This document shows, one piece after another, positions 57,280 to 64,000 of a stretch of DNA of 64,000 bases; within the stretch, counting starts at the first letter, position 1; each line of letters opens with the position of its first letter. Made by a program: the position numbers and the translations under genes. This stretch comes from Giardia intestinalis (lineage: Eukaryota), in NCBI GenBank assembly GCA_000002435.2, contig CM018792.1, one strand, 5' to 3'. The notes beneath the pieces were generated by a model. It did no database searches and had not been told where the DNA came from. It saw nothing but the letters and a program-made list of their open reading frames with translations.

Positions 57280-57465
57280 TCCAGGAAGATGGAACCGTTA
57301 CATTATATCTACTGCTGTTCAGCTGTGATATTACATTAGAACTTGATTCTATTAATTTCGATAAAGTAACATTAGACACCGAGAAGGAAGCAATGTACAC
57401 AAAAACTGACACACATCCACAAACAGCACGAAAGCGTAGTGAAATGGTCGCTATTCACTCTAGGA

Positions 57466-58497
57466 TCATTTCGAGAGGATATCTACTATCTCTTTGTGAC
57501 CCTTCTTCTTAGCGATGTCAAGGGCAGTAGTACGGGGCGGGTAACCACAGTAGTCATAGACTGTCATCAGCTGCCTCTCCCCTAAGAGTAACTCAACACA
57601 CTCTATGTGGTCACCCCACACCGCATTCATAAGAGCTGTCCATCCTTTATCATTCTTCATGCCACTTTCTCTTCCTAACAGAAGCCTGACACACTCTGGA
57701 TGGCCATTACGTGCTGCCCACATGAGAGCAGTTTGACCGGTATTATTCTCCATGCCACTCTCTTTTTTGAGCAGCTCTACAACCCCTCTGTGCCCTTGCG
57801 CTGCCGCATACATAAGCGCTGTCCATCCACCAGCATCCTGGCCCCTCCTCATGTGAAGGTTGTTTCTGACTGCACCGATATCACCACGGTAAGCGGCGTA
57901 TATGAGTCCTGTCCACCCTGAGACACTGCTCTCATACCCCACCAGAAGCTCAACGCACCTAGGATAGTCTACCAGGGGGTCATTGGAACGGCCACTCCGT
58001 GCCGCGAATACGAGAGCGGTCCAACCGCCTACTTTCGCACCTCCTTCGTAACCCGCTAGCAGTTCTACTATTTCTGCGTATCCATGTGCCGCAGCCATCA
58101 TCAGCGCGGTTCCCCCCTTGTACATGGTCATCTCATCTATCTTGAAGCCTCCGGACGCCTTCTGTCCTTCCTGAAGGGGAGCAAGCGCCTTCACAGTACC
58201 TACATCATTTCTGTCAACAGCTCTCATGAGGGCAGTAAATCCGTTTTTGTCGGTGGGGTCGAGGAGCTCAACGATGTTCTTGTGTCCTGCCCTCGCAGCT
58301 ATGATCAGCGCTGTATCCCCCTCGCTGTTCTTCTTGTCTTTGTCTGAGAGATGCTTCTCGGCTGCCTCGAAGTCTCCGTCCGCAGCAGCGTGCATGAGAG
58401 GCGTCCAGGACAAATCCCTTGTGAACTGAGGTCCTGCATCGACATCCCCTTGACCAGAACTGCCTACTCGCGACCCTCCGCGTTCGTTGCGTGCCAT
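57466..58497 (-). CDS. protein 21.1 family ankyrin-repeat protein (343 aa)
   Basis: ATG at 58495-58497. Repeats GDTALIIAARAGH, GFTALMRAVDRND, GGTALMMAAAHGY, GWTALVFAARSGR, GWTALMYAAAQGH, GQTALMWAARNGH, GWTALMNAVWGDH. Confidence 0.75.
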   Translation of the reverse strand: MARNERGGSRVGSSGQGDVDAGPQFTRDLSWTPLMHAAADGDFEAAEKHLSDKDKKNSEGDTALIIAARAGHKNIVELLDPTDKNGFTALMRAVDRNDVGTVKALAPLQEGQKASGGFKIDEMTMYKGGTALMMAAAHGYAEIVELLAGYEGGAKVGGWTALVFAARSGRSNDPLVDYPRCVELLVGYESSVSGWTGLIYAAYRGDIGAVRNNLHMRRGQDAGGWTALMYAAAQGHRGVVELLKKESGMENNTGQTALMWAARNGHPECVRLLLGRESGMKNDKGWTALMNAVWGDHIECVELLLGERQLMTVYDYCGYPPRTTALDIAKKKGHKEIVDILSK

Positions 58498-59469
58498 TCC
58501 TTATTTTTCTTGCCGAAGAAAGGGGCTAAAACACCTGTAATTCACACTGTAATCTACAGCTCAGTCAAATGATGTCCATACATGTATTCCTATATAACTT
58601 TGGCCCTTGCTGATTCTTTCTGTTGCATATAACTGTATGTAGTGTTATGCGTCCATGCCCGGCCTCTGCTCCTTCGTGCTGCGGCTAGCTGGGATCTTGT
58701 GAAGTACTAGGCTAGAGCCATTAACAGCGTGGAACACTGGTGGGCTTTCATCTCACCCGCAAAGTGCAGTGCGCTATGCTCTGTCTGTGAGCACTCATGC
58801 TTGACTACCCGAATGGGCTGCGTGATGTAGACTACTCTGAGACTGTAACCAAGGATTCGTGCTCAGTGCTAATTCATCTGCCGCTGTCGTTGGACCTCGT
58901 GGCAGCCATGATCTCAGATGCCTTGTGCTTACATCTGTAAGTCTTCTATGGTTGAAGAAAGTGTCTGTACGAACAGCGGGGGGCTCTCCCATGGGTTGCA
59001 GCTATGCCCATTGCAGGACCTTCAGGTCTCCTTGGACGTAGCCTGCCCAAGCTCAGTGGACTGCTGTGCAGAGAGTGTAGTCGCTCTTCGCCTGTTACGC
59101 TTTCTCCTGAAGAAGGCACGTTGCGGGAGCACTTCAAGCCCTACACTAGTGGAAAGCGCCATCGGCAGAACGCAGTCCACTGAATTCTCACGAAAGAAGC
59201 CGCTTCCACAGGATGCCCGTGGAGAGCGGCGCAGACGGCCCCCGCTCTATCTACACATGCAAGCTGGCCCCTTCGGCACACACGTTCTGCACCTTGTACG
59301 AGGCAGAGGGGTCCTGATGGGATAAAGTACCGACGCGTGTTACGGTGTGAGTGGGACGAATGACGAAGAACCAAAAAACGGTCTTACACATGCTAACAGC
59401 GTTGAACAGTGTACACTGTGGTCTCTATAGACCCACAAAGCCATCACAAAAAACGAGGAAACGACCCTG

Positions 59470-59904
59470 ATGAGCCAGGACGAGGGCAAAGCGGCAGAAG
59501 AATCCTTTGGCCGCTGGTTTTCTGCTGCACAGCGCGGAGATTGCGCCTATCTAAAACAGCATATAGCGACCATGCGGCGAGCCGTGGACTCCCGAGGAAT
59601 GACTGCGCTGATGCATGCAGCGGATGCAGGTCACGCATCGTATGTCCAAGCACTGGTTAGTGAAGCGTGCGAAATCAGCTCTGAGGGGTTCAAGGCTCTT
59701 AGGTACGCAATCCGCGCGTCCTCGATTGATGCTGCAGGAGTCTTGCTTCCGTATGAGGGCTCTGTTGAGACCTCTTCCGGTCTTTCTCCACTCCTTATGT
59801 TATTGAAGCGCAAGCAGGACACCATTGCACATATGTGCTTTGAGCATATGGATTCGTCTAAAGATCTGGCTCAAGGGAAGGATGGGGAGTTAGAAAGATA
59901 TTAA
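59470..59904 (+). CDS. short ankyrin-repeat (21.1-like) ORF, 144 aa; possibly the N-terminal fragment of a split gene
   Basis: ATG at 59470. Contains GMTALMHAADAGHASYVQALV. Its stop overlaps the next ATG in TAATG (59902-59906). Confidence 0.5.
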   Translation: MSQDEGKAAEESFGRWFSAAQRGDCAYLKQHIATMRRAVDSRGMTALMHAADAGHASYVQALVSEACEISSEGFKALRYAIRASSIDAAGVLLPYEGSVETSSGLSPLLMLLKRKQDTIAHMCFEHMDSSKDLAQGKDGELERY

Positions 59905-61148
59905 TGTTTGCTACTGAGCTGAACGACTACGGGCTCCTGCAGGATGCCATCCGTCGCTGTCATAAGCTGCCTGCGGGCGATATAGCTGAAGTACTTTCTC
60001 TCGAAACAGCTACCGGCCCAACCTTTTGCATAACGTACCTCATGGGTGTGCTTGACGGATTCGCACACCGGGATGACTCAAGGCGCCAACACGCTTCTCC
60101 CACACTGATCACAACGACTCCAGATGTTGTAAAGGGTGGCCCCAAAGTAGATGAGAACGGCAACACTCTCTTGATGAGGGCAGTCATGACCTTCAACTAT
60201 AAGAAGATGCCCGACTATTCTTCTATCCTGTGCAGAAGCGTGAACAGGGAGGGGAAGACTGCGCTCATGATCGCGGCAGAAATAGGCAATGAGTCCGCTG
60301 CGGCAATACTCAGGAAATACGAGGCGAAGATCCAAGATCCTGCTGGAATGACGGCCCTGATGTTCGCCGTGAACAAGGGAAATTTAAAGCTCGTCCAGAC
60401 GCTGTTAAAGTATGAGGTTGGTCTGAAGGACGTTGCAGGCCGGACGGCGCTGATGCATGCAGTACTATCAAACAAGCAGCCTATTATTCAGGAACTTATC
60501 AAGTGTGAGACTAGCAACCAAGACTTTCAGGGCAAAACAGCCCTTATCTATGCCGTAGAGCAGAACCTTTATCAAGCCTGCAAGGCGCCCATTCCTTATG
60601 AAGCGGGCTTGGTGGACCATAGGGGTCTGCGTGCAATAGATTATGCCAAGCTCTTCGACAATATGGAGCTGATAGATCTTTTAGAGGACTCAGAAGGAAT
60701 TTCACGAAACTCTCTTCAGCAGATCCTGCTTCGTCACGGGTGGCTAGCGCCACGCATATCCAGGCCCAGCCCCAGTCGTAGTAGCCCTAAGCCGGCTCTC
60801 TCTGGTTCCACTGTGAGCAAGCCCACTACTTCAACACAAGATAAGCAGCACACTACTGTAGATGTGAATAAAGAAGGCTCACTGCCTGAAGACGCGAAGG
60901 TATTTTCCACCGATCTTATCTCTGCTGTCCACGCCAGTAGGTACTATGACATCGGTGTTCTAGCCCCACATCTTGCCAACATGAGAGATCACCACAACCT
61001 CACGGCACTCCACTACGCTATCTACCAGAATAAACGAGTGGCAGTACGCATCTTGCTTCCTCACGAATACGAATCCCTTAATGGGTTTACTATTCCACCA
61101 GAGACGCGACCAGAGATAGTTGAGATGATAAACCTCTATAGGAAGTGA
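59904..61148 (+). CDS. protein 21.1 family ankyrin-repeat protein (414 aa)
   Basis: ATG at 59904 (frame +2 relative to the previous ORF). Repeats GNTLLMRAV, GKTALMIAAEIGN, GMTALMFAVNKGN, GRTALMHAVLSNK, GKTALIYAVEQN, LTALHYAIYQNK. Confidence 0.65.
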   Translation: MFATELNDYGLLQDAIRRCHKLPAGDIAEVLSLETATGPTFCITYLMGVLDGFAHRDDSRRQHASPTLITTTPDVVKGGPKVDENGNTLLMRAVMTFNYKKMPDYSSILCRSVNREGKTALMIAAEIGNESAAAILRKYEAKIQDPAGMTALMFAVNKGNLKLVQTLLKYEVGLKDVAGRTALMHAVLSNKQPIIQELIKCETSNQDFQGKTALIYAVEQNLYQACKAPIPYEAGLVDHRGLRAIDYAKLFDNMELIDLLEDSEGISRNSLQQILLRHGWLAPRISRPSPSRSSPKPALSGSTVSKPTTSTQDKQHTTVDVNKEGSLPEDAKVFSTDLISAVHASRYYDIGVLAPHLANMRDHHNLTALHYAIYQNKRVAVRILLPHEYESLNGFTIPPETRPEIVEMINLYRK

Positions 61149-61208
61149 AGCTCTCATATAAGTACCCATTCAATCTGTATAGGCAGGCCTGTGAGGTATC
61201 TATGGAAC

Positions 61209-61865
61209 TCATTTCTTTTTACCGCCACGTGAGTTGTTCTTGAAGAAGATTATGTCCCCATCTTCAACAACGTAGTTCTTCCCTTCGGTGCGGACCTTCC
61301 CGGCTGCCTTGGCCTCTGCTTCGGACCCTAACCTCTTGAGATCCTTATAAGTGTAAACCTCTGCACATATAAAATAGTCGCGGAAGTCGCTGTGGATAAC
61401 CGCGCCTGCGTCCGGTGCCTTGGTGTATTTTCTGACCGTCCAGCATCTAACTTCGTCTGCACCACATGTGAAGAAATGACAGAGGTTCAATGCCTTATAT
61501 CCCGTCTTGATGATCTTATCGAGAGCCAACTCCACAACGGAACCGTCAGGGAGCTTGTATTTTGAGGGGAGCTCTCTGAGGTAAGCATTTCTAGCCTCTG
61601 CAGAGCCTAGCTCCAAAAGTGTCGCCTCTAGCTTGGCGCTGTACGGCACTATATGCGCAGTCTCGTTTTTGGCCGTTATCCGTTCCTGTATCTTAGTAAG
61701 GAACTTATTCTTCTTCTTACTATAATCTGCCTCACTCATGTTCAAAAGGTAGACCACAGGCTTGCAACTAAGCAACTGCAGCTCGTTGAGAATCTCCACC
61801 TCACGGGACGACCAGCCCTGGGCAAAGAGGTCCTTCTTTTCCTTGAGTAGTCCCTCTATTTTTAG
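61209..61865 (-). pseudogene. 5'-truncated OLA1/YchF (Obg-like ATPase) fragment: C-terminal half only, G-domain missing
   Basis: Translation aligns with human OLA1 residues ~200-396 (KPVVYLLNMSEADYSKKKNKF, ALNLCHFFTCGADEVRCWTVRKYTKAPDAGAVIHSDFRDYFICAEV, GKNYVVEDGDIIFFK). The track ORF starts with GTG at 61883, inside retroelement ITR sequence. No Walker A / G1-G4 region and no ATG until codon 49. Homology stops exactly where the ITR of copy B begins. Confidence 0.6.
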
Positions 61866-61911
61866 GTTTACTTTCCGGTTCACCGGGGTAGGGTTGTCAC
61901 CTGCTGCTTGG

Positions 61912-62432
61912 ATGATCCCCTCATGCGAGCCACCGCCTTAGGCAAGCGGGTACCTCCTGTCCATACATCGCCTGAGATCCACGTCCAGAGCCCGAAGATC
62001 AGATGTCAACCAGGTCTGGAGAGCGGAAGAACTCTTGTTCTACCCTCTTCCCAATGATGAGACAGGACAAGCACAATCAGTGGACGATCATGGCTGTGTT
62101 TCACAGATACTGCTGAGCCCCCTGGAGACCCAGACACTGGCCTTTCTAGAGACCGAGCAGATGCACTCCACCTGAACGCACATGGGTGGTGTCCGCATGG
62201 CATACATGGAGATGCAGATTGACGGAACACAGCGGCCTCGCTCGACATAACGAGAGCCCCAACAGCAGACGGCCTCGGCCAGGCGAGTGTACCCTTCATC
62301 CTGAGAACTACATCGAGGCCTTCCTCTAATTGCGCCACGCTGCACCCCTGGACTCGGTCCCTCAGGGCCCTGAGCATGCTTCTGTGCTGCGGGGGACAGA
62401 GCCTGCTCACCAGGAACTGAAGGAGATACTCC
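61912..62432. repeat. copy 2 of the near-identical ~520-bp inverted repeat (partner at 56756-57279)
   Basis: Reverse complement matches 56756-57279 almost base for base. Flanking retroelement sequence is only ~80-85% similar. Confidence 0.85.
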
Positions 62433-62463
62433 ACTCAGTGTCTATATTGACGACAGTGACGCG

Positions 62464-62655
62464 ATGGGGACAGTCACAGAGGCGACAGGCCTGGCGAAGC
62501 AACATGGCTTGACGGTCAGCACTGGGTGTAGGAGCACTGAGGGGCAGGAGGCCTCCTTCCTGGCCGGTCTCAAGGATCCCCCAAGACAACCGAAGGCCGA
62601 AGCCAGTGATGGCACCAATCACTCGCCAAGCTGGCCGGGATGGACCCACACGTGA
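62464..62655 (+). pseudogene. reverse-transcriptase fragment of retroelement copy B
   Basis: TVTEATGLAKQHGLTVSTGCRSTEGQEASF parallels copy A's IITEATALAKRYGLTVNIDKCKSTQRGQEVSF. The upstream YIDD box is in another frame. Confidence 0.45.
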
Positions 62656-63127
62656 CCCATGTGAATCCCTCGACAGGCAAGTCGGGATCCTTGGGGTGCT
62701 TGGCTGGCAGAGGCGGACTGATCCTGCCTGCACCGAAGAGTGGTGGCGGCTCGCATGAGAAATCACTCAGATAACAGATGAGAGTAAATCAGGGGACTTT
62801 GTTGAAAAAGAAACGGCGACTCGAACTTCACCCACCACGAAGGAAGACCAAGGATAGGCGCCACCGGTAGACCAGAGAGTCTACAAGAAGGCCTGAATTC
62901 AAGGTAGATCGATGTGTACACCCAGACAGAGCATATCCTCATGGAGCAGCCGAGGAGCGCCCAGATTCTGAATGTGTCACTAAAGAGGACTCTCTCGTCA
63001 TGTTATTCGCAACCAACCCTCATCTTTGGATGACCAGGACTTAAATGAAAGCTTACCCGTGAGATCCTTGAATGCACTTGCGGGCAGGCCCCAGCAACAC
63101 ATCTACATGAGCTACATACGGTGACGC

Positions 63128-63134
63128 GTTTACT
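63128..63134 (-). terminator. Giardia polyadenylation signal AGTAAAC (AGTRAAY class) 13 nt downstream of the VSP stop codon
   Basis: Minus-strand sequence after the TAG stop reads GTACTTAGGTAGTAAACGCG. Confidence 0.55.
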
Positions 63135-63146
63135 ACCTAAGTACAT

Positions 63147-64000
63147 CTACGCCTTGCCCCTGCAGATGAACCACCAGCAGAGGAATCCGACGAGGCCTCC
63201 TACAACAACAATCACAGCGACGGAGATCCCCGCGATGGCCCCCGTGGAAAGGCCACTCCTGTTGGTGCTGTCTCCTCCAGTATCTCCGCCGGTGCCATCG
63301 TCAGCCTTTTGTTGCGTTACGTAACAGGTGACAGGGCCATTGCCACCAGCTGGCGGGGCACAGCTTATGCAGTTTTCTACACCAGTTATTGCATTAGAGC
63401 TAGCCTTATCACTATCCGTGCATTTGAAGCATTTATCACCGGCACCTTTGTAATACCCTGCTAAGCAATCTGTGCAGGTTTCCTTACTACCCGCACACTT
63501 CACACATCCTTCAGTACACGCCGGACATTTTCCTCCAGCTGGGCTTTGTCCATTGGCACACGTTTGGCATTGTCCCTTATTCTGTGCAGCCGTACACACA
63601 GAGCTACCAGGAAGCTTCTGTGTGTTGTAGCATCCGCCCGATAACAGAGCGTAGTTTGCCCCACACTCAGTGCATTTCCCGCCACTTGCCTTACATCCGG
63701 AGGCATCTCTCGCTGTTGCAGGTATGGATGTGCAGACGCCGTCGACTGGGGCGTACCCCTCCTCGCACTGATCGCAGTACTTCGAGCCTCCGACGTTCAG
63801 TGAGCAGCCGTCGGCCTTGCAGTGGGCCATAAAGTCTCCCGTGCACTCCTTTATACAGGTACCCTTAGCATTCGTCTCATCACGCTTCAACACGTATCCC
63901 GGATAGCAGGCCGTGCACGACGTTTCTGCGTTAGTACTACAGCTTGCGCACGATTCGTGGCACAGATTACAAACGTTAGCGTCAGTGCGAGTTCCCGCGG
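63147..64000 (-). CDS. variant-specific surface protein (VSP); 3' portion only, N-terminus lies beyond the window end
   Basis: CXXC-rich ectodomain and Gly/Thr-rich spacer, then TM helix AIAGISVAVIVVVGGLVGFLCWWFI and the invariant C-terminal CRGKA. The frame is open to nt 64000. The track's M at 63893 is GTG (Val). Confidence 0.85.
   Translation of the reverse strand, partial: AGTRTDANVCNLCHESCASCSTNAETSCTACYPGYVLKRDETNAKGTCIKECTGDFMAHCKADGCSLNVGGSKYCDQCEEGYAPVDGVCTSIPATARDASGCKASGGKCTECGANYALLSGGCYNTQKLPGSSVCTAAQNKGQCQTCANGQSPAGGKCPACTEGCVKCAGSKETCTDCLAGYYKGAGDKCFKCTDSDKASSNAITGVENCISCAPPAGGNGPVTCYVTQQKADDGTGGDTGGDSTNRSGLSTGAIAGISVAVIVVVGGLVGFLCWWFICRGKA

Larger units (their letters stand above)
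55268..57300 (-). mobile_element. degenerate Genie2/GilD-like non-LTR retrotransposon copy A with ~170-bp inverted terminal repeats
   Basis: Internal RT fragment on the minus strand (YTDD box). Left end 55268-55443 is an inverted copy of right end ~57150-57279. Both carry the motif GGCGGTGGCTCGCATGAGGGGAT / ATCCCCTCCATGCGAGCCACCGCC. Element ORFs are broken by stops. Confidence 0.6.
61866..62790 (+). mobile_element. internally deleted Genie2/GilD-like retroelement copy B with inverted terminal repeats
   Basis: Left ITR 61866-62011 and right end 62735-62790 carry the same terminal motif in inverted orientation (ATGATCCCCTCATGCGAGCCACCGCC ... GGTGGCGGCTCGCATGAG). Internal RT remnant VYIDDSDAMGTVTEATGLAKQHGLTV. 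Confidence 0.6.

Noticed and set aside
59470-61148. Merging the two ankyrin ORFs into one CDS by assuming a simple frameshift
   Set aside because: Translating the second ORF's frame upstream of 59904 gives non-ankyrin sequence and a stop at 59802-59804. A single-base slip does not restore a continuous ankyrin protein, so I kept them as two ORFs and flagged the ambiguity.
62791-63146. Looking for the missing OLA1 G-domain half on the far side of retroelement copy B
   Set aside because: Three-frame translation of the minus strand shows only short stop-ridden frames and no GxxxxGKS/T or DxxG motif. One segment, GLPVAPILGLP, faintly resembles GLPNVGKS but lacks the GKS core.
1-64000. Prokaryotic interpretation (operons, RBS, CRISPR, prophage), as invited by the task framing
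   Set aside because: The sequence shows the VSP CRGKA tail, 21.1 ankyrin TALM repeats, NEK kinase, CDC14, TTLL, the AGTAAAC polyA signal, AT-rich initiators abutting ATGs, and Genie2-like retroelements. These mark a Giardia nuclear chromosome segment. No CRISPR repeats, rRNA or tRNA genes were recognised.

Overview
This 64-kb window looks like nuclear DNA from a Giardia intestinalis (lamblia)-type diplomonad, not a prokaryote. It is gene-dense, intronless and about 49% GC. ATG start codons are preceded by short AT-rich initiator stretches, and intergenic gaps are tiny. One 3'-partial gene at the right edge encodes a variant-specific surface protein ending in the TM + CRGKA tail, followed by an AGTAAAC polyadenylation signal. 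Several genes encode 'protein 21.1' ankyrin-repeat proteins with the TALMxAA motif, and there are CXXC-rich high-cysteine proteins and a NEK kinase. Two degenerate Genie2/GilD-like non-LTR retroelement copies carry long inverted terminal repeats. The supplied ORF track calls GTG/TTG starts as M, so I re-anchored every gene to the first in-frame ATG.

Genes from left to right:
- Hypothetical genes (156-1034 +, 1039-1644 -), then a high-cysteine membrane protein (1755-3590 -).
- Two large 21.1 ankyrin proteins (3904-8103 -, 8145-10424 -).
- A hypothetical gene (10441-11031 +), a candidate GET1/WRB-like 3-TM protein (11038-11625 -), a 1258-aa coiled-coil protein (11680-15456 +) and an active NEK kinase (15526-17856 +).
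- A small ORF with a degenerate SF1-helicase motif (18117-18713 -), a RecQ helicase (18843-20759 -) and a CDC14 phosphatase (21069-22901 +).
- A UBC12-like E2 (22855-23367 -) and a TTLL tubulin ligase-like enzyme (23381-25705 +), which share a 13-bp bidirectional AT-rich promoter.
- A hypothetical gene (25702-26286 -), an Mpp10-like acidic protein (26484-27608 +), an LRR protein (27626-28663 +) and a secreted high-cysteine protein (28962-30374 -).
- A single 23.5-kb ORF encoding a 7838-aa protein with one Walker A motif (30449-53965 -), then a hypothetical gene (54104-54808 +).
- A retroelement-scarred segment (55268-62790) with two inverted Genie2/GilD-like remnants that share a near-identical ~520-bp block. 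They flank three ankyrin ORFs and a 5'-truncated OLA1/YchF GTPase fragment.
- The 3'-partial VSP gene (63147-64000 -).

The most notable items are the giant ORF, the retroelement pair with the truncated OLA1, the bidirectional mini-promoters and the GET1-like candidate.
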